A DNA stretch of 63,002 nucleotides, the filler included, from Welwitschia mirabilis (lineage: Eukaryota), in NCBI GenBank assembly GCA_051453625.1. It is 3 parts of one record of this genome, joined end to end, with 100 filler letters (N's around TTAATTAATTAA, not from the genome) between each part and the next. Parts side by side here need not be neighbours in the genome. Positions count along the whole stretch, not along the records: positions 1 to 27,660 come from JBOZIK010000001.1; 2 more parts are not named here. One strand, written 5' to 3'. How positions within the stretch are numbered: the stretch's first letter is position 1; the number at the start of each line of letters is the position of its first letter. This document shows positions 11,739 to 24,100 of the stretch, one piece after another. Under the pieces are notes generated by a model. That model had not been told where the DNA came from. It searched no databases and saw only the letters and a list, made by a program, of their open reading frames with translations. The position numbers and the translations under genes were made by a program.

Positions 11739-14700
11739 CAGCATGATATGGATATCTCATATATGATACCATTTAGTAGCCGGGCCTTTTTCTTAAAATC
11801 ATCCAACACATATTCCTAGTTTAAAGATATGATATGATATAGTTCTCCAGGATAGGAAACTTGAGTGTTTTATGCTCTAATCCACTGTTGGAATTACTGT
11901 GTCAAAGCATCACAAAGAGAAGACTAAGGAGGAGAATGCCCACAAGTTGGAAGTATCTGGATGTCTGGCTGAGTCGACATTAGAATATGCCTTGAACACA
12001 TATGTTATATATGTCTACATTATTTAAGAGAGAACCAACTAAGAGAATTATTCTGATTATGCTATATGATATGTGATGAATCTTTATTATTCTAACAGCT
12101 TTAGTTAAATGAGGATCTTATGTTTCCAGACTCATTCATGTTCAGGCTGCACTGTGAATAATTGAGGCACTCAAAAATAATACTCTCCATACACTATTTT
12201 TTATATTAGCTAGCACCATTTGCCTTCTTTCAGAAGACTTGAGGTGTACATTTAAGTTTTCCAGTGCAATGTCTATTTTATCATTGACAAATAAAATTAG
12301 CATAAAACTATACAAGTAATAATATTATTTAATAAATAGTTAGTTTAATGGTTATAATATATAACTAATTAATGTCTTTAGTATTTTTGTTTCTAATAAT
12401 GTTCTGTTATAAAAAGTTGTACTTATGAGAAGTCAGAACTTGTCACCAACACATGAATAAGATTAGGTTGTTATTGAAAGAATATACAAGGGTAGGAAAT
12501 TCATTTCTAAGGTCAGTTTTCTAATGTTCCAGTTTACAGCATTACAAAGGGTATCAAAGTGATATAACATTTATTATGTGACAAATGATTAAAAATTAAG
12601 AGAAAAAGAGGACTAGCCTCCCTAGGTATCTGGCATTCATTGATGATCGGACCTATAGAAGACCAGCCTTGTAGACTGGTCGTCTAAAGGATCAGTCTCT
12701 CTCTGCCATCCAAGCATGCCATCCTCTTTCACATCCTCCTTGTGCTTCAAGCAAATCCACAGGAAAAGGATCCTCCCAAGGATGTTACAGTCTCCACTCC
12801 AAAATCCAGCTCATACATTAAAGAAGCCCTACACCTTGAATGGAAGCTCCAAAACCCGATCTCTTTCAGAAGTAGAACTGAAGAGGGGTGCCCAAGAAAA
12901 ATTGCAATTATTGGGAAACATTAACATTAATCCTTAAGAGTGTGATCCTGTGAAATCCTCTTATCACAGACACCACTACCATCAAGTGGAAAATCAAGGA
13001 CGTTATCAAATTTCTGCAAGATGGTTTCAAAACTCAAAGAAGGTACATGGAAGACTAATTGGCTTGAATCTAAAGGTACCTACATAAAACAGCAGCCCCT
13101 TGTCATCTGAAATGTCCAAAGAATGATTATTGGCTTCTCCTAGATTCATATCAGTTTTATAATCAACAGTTGACTGATTATGAAACGCAGCAATTCCTTG
13201 GAGACAAAGCGCTCAGTTACTAACAACTTTCTTGCATGCCATTCTAATCTATTTTGTAATGCAATTCGCCCTTCAGCAACTAATCAGTTCTGTTCTGGTC
13301 CTCCTCACACTGTAGTTTCACCGTCATCACCATCTCATGCCTTTACAAGAAATATGTGTCGACCAGATTCTGACTCAGAAACTATCAGAATTGAACAAAG
13401 AAATTGTCAAATTCATGAAGTGCCATGGTCCTAGTTGGACATTTACAGTTGAAATCACGCAACTTCGCTTGGTCTCAGTATTTGAGGGAAAGCCATGCTG
13501 ATGAGGAATATAAAAGGAGCTATACTACAAAGACCATTACATGTTGCCATCTTTCTGGAGTTTATCCAGAGAAGCATTGACTAATTTCAAAGTCATCCTG
13601 CACAAGCAGATTTGGCACATGACAATCGCTGAGTTGCTTTAGAAGTTGCTTCCACATTTTAATTAATTTGCAGGGAATCAAGAATACCTACTGTTCAATT
13701 GTGCTATGTCAGTATCTTTCTGGCTCAGCCCTACATAACTGTTCTGCACCCATCCCCCACAGTTCGGTGTTGAGCTACGGTAACAGTGACCCAGTAGCGG
13801 CCTACGGGGTCTGCCCTGTGGTAGCGAGGTATGGTTAGAAGCTTACTGGAGGCAGGCGGAACCAACGTACATATTATATTATAGTATGTGTTTATTAGAA
13901 GAATAGAGATTAAATTCAGTTACAAGACCTTCAGGAGTACTTATGGAAAAGGCAATATAAGGGATACACCAAACTGTATGAAAGTGAGACATTTCAAACT
14001 TCTTTTCATGTGTTATCTCGCACGTGAGGGGTTGCTGATGTGTGTAATTTAACACATGCCTCATGGACACTCAAATTCTGAAGGCCGATTCGAAAGAGTT
14101 TTTAACAACAGAAGCAATGGCCCTGGTATGCATATCGTATTATTGGAAAAATGACAAAGTTATGCTTAAGCGAACTCGGCCTAGATTCTTCCCTCTGTAC
14201 TCTGGATCCCATAACAAACTTGACCTTCATGAGCTGCCTTACCTTTGAGAAAGAGAGATAAAGAAGGCTCAGCCTTTATTAGCTGCCTTAGAGAGTAAGT
14301 TTTCACTAACATTAACTATGAAATCTATCCAAGAACAGTTCTAGAAGGGAAAGGCTTTTTATATCAACATATCTTTATGCCAAAAGAAAAGGCTTTTCAC
14401 AAACAACTTCTAACTAATTTCAAATATCATAGTATGCAAAATTTGAAATTGTCAAAACAAGGACATGGATCATTGAATTTAGATGAAATGTCTTGTGTAT
14501 ACTTCAGCAAGCAATGTTTACAAAACAACCTTAAAAGAAGCACCTAATGTTTGATCATAATATGCCTGTTAGTATCAATAGAAGATGAGCAAATTCATTA
14601 AAACAAAATGCTGATATTTTATTCAAGGTCTTCAGATTAAATTAGGAGACACTTAAAAGAAAAACTTGACAAACCCTAAATTGAAAATTCTTGCATTCTT

Positions 14701-14778
14701 TTCCAGCAAGGATCACCTGCAAGATAGCCTCAAAGGAAACTAGTTATGATTACAATTCTGGTGTACTTTATAATATAC

Positions 14779-14924
14779 CTGCTGATGTCCAAGGCCTTCG
14801 ACTTACTCCTATGTTGAAGAATCGGAGAACAAAGGATGCACGTGGTGGTAGTTCTTTAGCAACTTTATTAGGTTCAGGAAAGAGACGAATATAAAGGCAT
14901 CTGTTTCTTTCTATCGTTAAGTGC
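14779..14924 (-). CDS. BTB/POZ domain protein (At1g21780-like), coding exon 2
   Basis: tgtag|G CAC TTA ... GCA G|gtata. The 146 nt encode (W)HLTIERNRCLYIRLFPEPNKVAKELPPRASFVLRFFNIGVSRRPWTSA, continue exon 1 in phase, and match the At1g21780 family as I recall it (HLSIERNRYLSVRLFPE...PPVAKFVLR). Not shown in the ORF track. Confidence 0.88.
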
Positions 14925-17900
14925 CTACATTATATAAACTTCATCAGAACTATTTTCGGGAGAATGTACTCTAAAAAATGCATCATTAACACAAGTACTC
15001 AAATCTTTCTTTTCATCCCATACACAATTCCACTAAGACATGATTCTATAAGTATAATGGCATCTAGGAAATATATAATGTTGGGAATATAATTTCTAGA
15101 CAATATTGTAGCAGTGGACAAAAACCAAAACATGTGTGACTCTATCAACACTTTAGCAAATCATAGAATAGTGTAAGAATCCCAAAAGAATGAATGATAT
15201 AAAACTTCAAAGTATTAACTCGATCAGAGTATGCAATTTATTCGTTTACGATAGATAGTAAGACATAGCAAAACAGATGTTGAAATAGAGTTTAAAATTC
15301 AAAAGCTCCAAAAGAGAGTTTGCAAACTCACNNNNNNNNNNNNNNNNNNNNNNNNNNNNNNNNNNNNNNNNNNNNNNNNNNNNNNNNNNNNNNNNNNNNN
15401 NNNNNNNNNNNNNNNNNNNNNNNNNNNNNNNCTCACTTGTAATTTTAAATCCTGAAAATATTAGCTTCAGAAATATGATGGGAAGATTCAGGAGAAAATT
15501 TAAAAATGAACATTTGCATTTACTTCTTGATAGTGAAGAATAAATTAAATCTGTATATCTTTAACATTCTTGTTGTTTTGTTAACTATTAATCATTTTTT
15601 GAGTTAAATTTGTTGTGAATTAAGTAGAAAGATAAACAAGGCAAAAAGGGAGCAGCATAACAAATCAAAGACACAAAGATCTAGATAATGAAACCCTCTG
15701 ATGCAGAGAAACATTCATGAGAGCGGTGCGCAAATCTCTTTGTAAATCTCAAGCAGAAGTACAAGGTACACACACATGCACAAAGCATCTTGACAAGAAT
15801 GAGTCTCTCATGCCCCCAAACACTAAAACGATGTTTTTAAGTAAACTCCCTACAACCTCAGACCTTAATAGCACATTAAGATCTTAAAGCCTCTTACTCT
15901 TACAATATTAAAAGAAAGGGCCCATCAACTAGGTTATATGACACAATAAATTATAACACGTGCATATAATGTTAAACATGATAAGAGGATAAAAGAAGGC
16001 TATATGGGCAATTCATTTTCACACAAAACACTCTCCCACTTGAAGGCAAATTGTTGAATAGAGATGCACTACTTCTTTGAGCTTCAAGATCACATCTTCA
16101 GGCCCATGCAATCATAGCTATTTTAAACTAGCAACAACCTTTGTTAAGAAGTCTACCAAATTAGCTTGAGTACAGATCTTAACTTCTAGCTTCTTCTTTT
16201 CAACCACCTGCCTAATAAATTGATACTTTGTGTCAATATGGCTTGCCCTGGAATGGTACGTCACAATATTTGGCAAGTGACCAGCACTTTGATTGTCACA
16301 AATAAATAATAAATTTGGCCTGGCAAAGTCCAAAACAACTATGAATGCATCTCAATCATATCATTTATTTTGTAACCGCAATCAAAATGACATATCCAAC
16401 TTTCGTAGTTAAAAGAGCTACATATTACTGCAAATAAGACATCCAATTAAAAGCTCTGCCACCAGTGGCAAAAGTATACCTTTGTAATACACCTCCTAGT
16501 ATCTCTACAACTAGCATTATTAGCATTTAGATATCCATGGATGCTCAAATCAGAACTACGACAACACAAAGACATATGTCAAATACATCGATATCCACTT
16601 GATAGCTTCCTAATGCTTTTGACCAGCATGACACATGAACTATGAGACAACTCCACTATATATCCATTGTCTGGTCTGGTGTAGACTATGATATACATCA
16701 CACTGCCTATAAATAATGTGTAAGCCATTGCCTTCATCTCACATGTCCTCCTTTGAAACAAGAGGATCTTCATGTGATAACTGAGAATGCATTCTGCCAA
16801 TGTGCTAAGCTCGGATCGGCCACAATTCATGTTGTAACCAATCTGTATGAATCTGGTTTCCAAGAACTTGTTTTGCTGGTCCAAGATCTTTTGTGACAAG
16901 ACACTTGGACATCTCATGCTTCAAATGTGTCACCTCCCACAAATCATTCTCTACCACTAACATATCATCAATTTATAACAACAAAATGGCTATTTCACTT
17001 GAAGCATTGTATGCACACACATACATTGGCCAATGTTACATCTAAAGCATTTTTGTTGCTGCATAAAATCATCAAAGTTGATGTACCACTATCAAGGAGC
17101 TTGTTTCAAGCTATAAATATCACCACCTAAATTTTTATTTGTAAAACCAAATCCCTTAGGAACTTCCATGTAAAGTTCCTCCTCTAGATTACCATGCAAA
17201 AAAGTTGTTTTAATATCTAATTGCTTCAATCCAAATGAAGAAATGATACCATAGAAACAACATGTGAAAACATTTCACTGAACTCGATACTTGGTTTCTG
17301 ATTGAAACCGTTTGCAACTAGCCTTGCCTTGCATTGTAATTGATAATCCACCTCCTTTCTAGTTACATAAAATTCATATACATCTCAAAACCTTCTTCCC
17401 TTTTGACAACGCAACTAAATTCCACCTATCATTTGTTTCAGAGATCGCATTTCCTCTTCCATGGTCATTTTGTAGTTGTCTAATTCTGAAGAAGAAATAG
17501 TCTTTTCATGTGTTTCTAGTTCTCTTCTATTAGCATATAGCACAAAATGCATGCAAGGAGAGTACCTCACAGGTGTGTTGGTGGGTTGCTTGAACGTATG
17601 AACCCAGTGTGGAAAAGCAACAAAGTTTTCTTCATCACATTCTACATCAGATATAACAAGCTGGTTCTGTTCAAGTGCATCAATCTTATCATGTTGGCGC
17701 ATCAATCTTATCATGTTGGCGCATCAATCTTATCATGTTGGCCATCACCATCATCTGAATATCTCATAGACTTTGTAAGATGCTTGAACCAGAATTTCTC
17801 TTTTTCTCATTCTCACCCTATGGTCTGTAATGCATAATATTCTCCCTAAAAACCACATCATGAGAAAGCCAAATTCTGTGTGCCACAAGATCCCATAGCC

Positions 17901-19004
17901 GATATTCAAAAGCGTCTCCTCCAGAGCGAAGGAATGCACACCTAACATGCTCCTCCAACTTTCTTGTATTCTACAATTGGACATGATATTCACAGTCAAA
18001 CATACATAAATGACACAACAAGAAAGACCTCATGCTCCAAACAAATCCTGGAATGTTTCCATCCAAAATATCATAGGAATAATGATTCATCAAGTATGTT
18101 GTTGTTCAAGCAGCTTTTGCCCAAACAGACTTAAAACACCTGATTTGTGCCAGCATTGATCTCAATTCTGTGTGCCACAAGATCCCCTAGCCTATATCCA
18201 AAAGCATCAACTCCACAGCAAAGGAATACACACACACGGAATACACGCACACATACATGAATAAGATCATGAGAAAGACCTCATGCTTCAAACAAATTCT
18301 GGAATGTTTCCATCCAAAGGAGCATGAGGAGAACAATTTAACAAGTATGCTGTTGTTCTAGCAGCTTTTGCCCAGAATGACTTAACAACACCTGATTGTG
18401 CCACCATTGATCTCAACCATCTAGAACCGTCTTACTGTATCTTTCAACTATGCCATTATTCTGCGGTGTTCCAGAAGTAAAATGTGTGCATGATGTCTGC
18501 ATGCTTATAGAAGTCAGCAAACTCATGGGCAGTGTACTCACCTCCACTATCAATATTGAAGTGCCTAAATTGCAAACCGTACTCACTGATAACTTTGAAT
18601 GCATAGGATGCAACCAAGTCTTTTTTATAGAAATTATGGATAGAAGGAACAAAATACGAAGCACTATCCACAGAAGTAACAGACATGAACCAACTACATC
18701 AGAATAAACAGTATCCAACTTTCTTCCTTTCCTATCTAAACCAAATTTCTTAAAGCAATTCTTTCCTGTTTCCAACAGCATAGTCATGAAAAAAATCTAA
18801 TGAAATGGAATAAACATAAGATAAAAGGTTTTTAGAAGAAACTACCTTCATACATGTTTCGCTGAGGTCTCCTAATCTTTGGTGCCACCGAAAAATCTCA
18901 TCGAAAAAAGCAGCCATCACTAGGCATCCAATCATCTTGGCTCTCAACAAATACAAAGTTCCTTCCTTCTTCCATGCATCAGTGTCAATGCACCTCGAGT
19001 AAAC

Positions 19005-19253
19005 TGTTGGAAGTGAAGCCAAATCTCTTGATATTATTTATTCCTTTATAGTGTGACTTTATATATTTTATATAGTCNNNNNNNNNNNNNNNNNNNNNNN
19101 NNNNNNNNNNNNNNNNNNNNNNNNNNNNNNNNNNNNNNNNNNNNNNNNNNNNNNNNNNNNNNNNNNNNNNNNNNNNNACATTGGGGTTTTCCACGTAAAT
19201 CTGGTGTGTTGATATTTGCATTTTGCTTTTTGCTCTGCTGCATTTTTCTAACA
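19005..19253 (+). mobile_element. Copia solo LTR, or full element collapsed in a 100-N gap, nested in the 15611-20760 element
   Basis: TGTTGGAAGTGAAGCCAAAT...TTTCTAACA with a perfect 5-bp TSD TAAAC (19000-19004 and 19254-19258). Confidence 0.88.
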
Positions 19254-20412
19254 TAAACTTCCACTGTACACCTTTTTAAGCAATTCTACAACCCAGATCA
19301 TCCAGTTTTCTAGAAGAAATCAAATTCTTAGAGCCACCGTGTACATGAAACAAATTCTTGAATATAATATAGCCATTTCTTGTCACAAAACACTAGAAGA
19401 TATGCCCATGAGATTACAATGTATGTCATCTCCCAAAACGACTTTACCATCAAAAACAGTCTCATACTCAAAGAAATATTTCCTATATGGGCAGATGTCA
19501 GAAACACACTCTTGAACTGACAATCCAAATATTAGGAAAAAGATACACAATGGCATTGGCTTCTTCATTTCTAGCAAGCAAAAGAATTGCAGCTTCAACT
19601 TCAGAGTCAAAATTCTGCCTATTATGTTTTCCCTTTGTCTTCTGTGAATCTTTTCCTTTTCTCTTGTTCTTTACAGTGTTACTGTCTTTCCTGAGGTGTT
19701 TTTTCTTTTTACAATACAAGCAAATAATCTCTCAAGATCCAATAAACTAGACTTTACTTTTACTTCTGCCATGTTTCTTGTCTCTAAACTGCAAATAACC
19801 TCTATTATCAAAATCAACCAATGCCTTGCCTAAGGCATTGAAAAATAAAAGTCAATTGTCTGCGTTATCAATGCCCCACAGCACTGAATAAACAATGTTC
19901 AGGTCAGGAATTTCATTTGAAGCATTGGTCAACATCACTCACTCAATCTCCTAACAATTAGGTAGGAACTAACAATATCTATTACATGAAGGTTTTCCAG
20001 ACATGTAACCTACAAGTCATCTAATTGTGTAAACAATCCATTCCTCTTATCCAGGGAGGATTGCAGAAATGAGCCTTCTGTTATCCTCATTTAAAACCTT
20101 TGACTATATAATGTTGGTCCATACTAGTTGGTTGATCAAAGTGCTACTTCAATTTCTCCCAAAACTCATGGGTCAACCTCTATTGCGCATACCATTGCAA
20201 ATGCAATTGCTGAGACAAGAACAATAAGGACAATGGCTTCTTGTTCATTTTGTCCCAATCTGTATTGGAAATAGCTTCAAGCTTAATCATTATTTATCTC
20301 CTCTAGCCAAACTGCAGTTCTTCTAGTATCTTCCATCTCGATCTTCTACATACACCCCAATTATCAAAGCCTATAAGGCAATCTATTATCTACAAGTGCT
20401 TATTGTACAGCA

Positions 20413-20701
20413 CATTGTTGCAAGACTGTCCGGGTTATGGCAAGTACTCTCGGAGTCCCGAAGTTTTTTGAACTCGCAAGTCAAGTGGGCAGAAACTTGC
20501 CAAGTCCAAGTCAGCTCCCAAAACTCATGAGTCTCAACGAGTCTTGGTGAGTCTCGGCGAGTTTTGGCGAGTCTGTACACAAAATCTCTAATGACTCTCT
20601 TTGACTCCCAAGTCTGTGCCAAGTTGGCTCTCGAGTCGAGCCAAGTCACGAGTTTTTCCCTCTAGCCGACTTGGGTGGCGAGTCCGAGTCTTGCAACAAT
20701 G
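20413..20701. mobile_element. hAT-family MITE (289 bp)
   Basis: Perfect 15-bp TIR CATTGTTGCAAGACT, perfect 8-bp TSD GTACAGCA, and many GAGTC/GACTC subterminal motifs. Confidence 0.92.
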
Positions 20702-21163
20702 GTACAGCAGATCAAAAAGTATGGACACTTTCTTGTGAATGAAAGCAAAAAGATAAATAACAAAAATGCGAAAATGAACAATTTTTTACAACTCATTATG
20801 AAGGTCGTATGTATTTTCTTACTATTGGTCCTCAACCCGACCCCCAAGAGCTATGGCAGCCCTTGCTCCCTAGGACTCACCCTTCTCCTTACTTTTCTAT
20901 GCCATTTCATCTTCCCATCCCCCTTTCCACCATTCCCCCTAACCTTTTCTTAAAAGAAGATGACTTTCAATGAGGCCCTTTTTGAGCCCCCACTTGACTT
21001 CCATGCCCTGGCATGAAGTCTAGGTGTGGAAGAGGTCTCCTCCTCTTCTCTAACCCTTTGTTCCAATCCTCCTCCAACTTCGAAACCTACTTCTGAGCCT
21101 TTCCTTCAGCCTTCTAGCCTTCCCGATCCCCAATCAAACAGGTAAGCTTCCAAGGATAACCTC

Positions 21164-24100
21164 TACTATAGATTTATCAACAAGAATGTACTAAAACAAA
21201 AGAGAACAGCAAGCAAAAAAAAAGAAACAACACATAAATTTAGGTGGCTTGGGCGCTTTTTACCCCACATCCTCGAGAAGCAATGCAGAGCTCTATTGAT
21301 AGTTTATAAGTAAAATGTCAAGACACCTAAAAACAACCCTCAAGCAAAGTTTAAATAAACTCAAGATTAGGGTTTCAAGTCAAACTTATCTTTTATCCTT
21401 TCTCCCTCTTTTTTAATAAATCACCCCAAGGGAGTTGACACCCTAACTTCCTTTTCACAAGATTGAAAGAGGGTTCAATGTTAAAACCTAACAATACAAC
21501 ATGAAATAACAAATTTGGCTTACATATCAACACTTTCCCACTTAACACAAATTTCCCATGCCTTTAAGATAAGCTTCTTATACAACTCAAGAGATGTCAT
21601 GCTTTCCAAAGCCTCCAAATCAGCAATCCTAAACTCCGATGCTTCAATGTAGGTGTAATGTTTGTAAACATTTACTGCCTTTGTGAGGAAATCAACAAGA
21701 TTATCTTTTGTTCTGACTTGAAGAAGATGGGCCTTCTCCTTCTCCACACATCCCAAATGAAGTGATACTTCATGTCAATATGCTTTGTATGAGCATGAAA
21801 TACAGCATTCTTAGCTAAGTCTACAACACTCTAGTTGTCATAACAAATGATATACCTTGTTGGAGAAAGACCAAATCAATCAAGCATGGGTCTGAACTAA
21901 ATCATCTGTTTGGCTGTCTGAGTAAAAGCCATATACTCTGCCTCTATTGTAGACAAAGCTATATCACTCTGAAAATAGAACATCCAACTAACAGCCCCAC
22001 CTTCAAGTGCAAATACAAAACCTATAGTAGATTTCCTAGTATCTTCATAACCTGCAAAAATTAGCATCAGAGTAACCAACAACCTTCAAGCTGGAATCAC
22101 CAAAGCACAAAGAATGATTCTGAGTGCCTTTCAAGTATCGCAGAATCCATTTGACTGCTTCCCAATGTGTCCTTCCAGGATTACTCATTAACCTGGAATA
22201 ACTCCCAGTGGCATGGGCAGCATCTGGTCTAATGCAGACCATGTCATGCATGGGATCACCAACTGCATAAGTGTAAGGAATACCAACTAAGCCTCTCTTC
22301 TCCCCACTAGAAATAAAGCAGTCTCCTTTTGAAAGTTTAAAGTGTCTTGTCAATGGAGTAGAAACAGGAGAGCAGTCAACCATATTGGAACTCTCTAAGA
22401 CTTTATCAATATAATTAGATTGGCTCAGCCACAATTTCCAACTTTTCCTGTCTTGTTTGATCCTCATTCCAAGGATTTGTTTTGTTTGCCCAAGACCTTT
22501 CATGGCAAACTTCTGTGCCATCTACGATTTCAATCTCTGTCTTGCATGTAGATTGTTCCTAGCAATCAATATATCATCCACGTATAATAAAAGAATGGTA
22601 ATCTCACCAGTGATTCTCATCAAATAAACACAATGATCCATTCAACACCTTTCATATTCCTGCTCCATCGTGAAAGTGTCAAATTTCTTGTTATCATTCC
22701 CCGAGTGCCTGTTTTAAGCCATATAAATTTGTCTTCAACCTATGCGATATTCTTACCATTCCCAAAACCTTCTGCCTATTCCATATAAATTTCTTCTTGC
22801 AAATCATCATGCAAGAAAGTAGTTTTGATATCCAAATGTTCCAATTCTAAATCCATGCAAGCTTCCATAGCAAGAATGATATGAACAGAGGCATGTTTAA
22901 TAGCAAGAGAGAAAATTTCATTGAAATCAATACCTTTCTTATGTGCAAAGCCGTTTACTTCCATTCTAGTCCTATAACATTTTTTTCATTAGTTTCTTCT
23001 TTCAACCTATAAATCCACCTATTTTTCAATACCCTTTTCCTTGGTGGCAAAAGCACTGACTCCCAAGTATGACTCCACTCAAATGATTCCATTTCCTCAT
23101 GCATAGCCTCCATCCATTTACCAGCATTAGGACTAGAAATGGCTTCCTGATATGACTCCGGTTCTCCTGCATCTGTGTAAAGAATATAATTTAATGGTGG
23201 ACTATACCTAGAAGGTGGTCTGCTAGCCCTGCAAGAAAACCAAACCCAAGGATTCGGACTCCGAAAGTTCTCTACATGCTAACCATGTTCAAGTCCAATT
23301 TTAGGAACATTCTTCCTCCTCAGAGGAGCTACTTTAAAACCCATATTCAACCATGTCATGATTTCTAAACTGATCTAGAATGTTGGTCAATTTCAGAAGG
23401 GGGCCAGGACTAGAAATTCCCTCATTTTGAATCCTTTTCTATGATTTAAAGTACATTGTATCTTCATTAAAAACCACATCACATAATCTAATCACCTTCT
23501 TTGCCATAGGATCCGATAGCCTATAACAATGGTCATTACCACTGTAACTCAGAAACAAACACTTTCTAGCCCTTTCTCTAAGATTTAAAGCGCTCTGTTG
23601 ATAAACATAGGCTTCACATCCGATCATCCTAAGGTAAGAGTAAGAAACAGAACTTTCACTTTATCAACGTTCTGGTACTTGTCCATCAATTCCATTATGT
23701 GGACACCTCTTCAAGAAATATATAATAGTATTTGTAACTTCAACTCCAAAACTTTTTGGGCAAACCAGAATGTGTGAGAACAGCTTTCACTCTTTCCAAA
23801 AAGGTCCTATTTTGCCTGTGTGAGAACAGCTTTCACTCTTTCCAAAAAGGTCCTATTTTGCCTTTCAGCAACTTCATTTTGTTTTGGAGCTCTAGTCATT
23901 GTTCTATGATAAATGATTCTAGCTTCCCTGCAAAAGTTATCATACTCCTTGGAAGTAAACTCACCTCCATTACATGTTAACAATTCTTTGATTTTGTAGC
24001 TAGTTTCATTCTCAACTCTGACCTTAAAACCTTGAATGCCTAACAAGCTTCATCTTTTGACTTTAAAGGATACAGCGACAACTTTCTAGAAAAATCCTCA

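Larger units (their letters stand above)
15611..20760 (-). mobile_element. Highly degenerate Ty1/copia element (Tork/Tnt1-like)
   Basis: 3' LTR 16030-15611 after PPT AAGTGGGAGAG. RNase H CDNQSA..YHSRASHIDTKYQFIR, RT remnants, integrase TPQNNGIVER, WHQRLG GAG-pre-integrase, and protease/knuckle remnants at 19330-19740. A possible 5' LTR end lies near 20730. Confidence 0.8.

Noticed and set aside
13497-13540. CTGATGA as a hammerhead ribozyme core
   Set aside because: No stem II followed by GAAA, and no flanking helices.
17677-17742. 22-bp repeats (and the GGACGTCC arrays) as CRISPR-like
   Set aside because: No unique spacers of regular length and no cas genes; eukaryotic transposon context.
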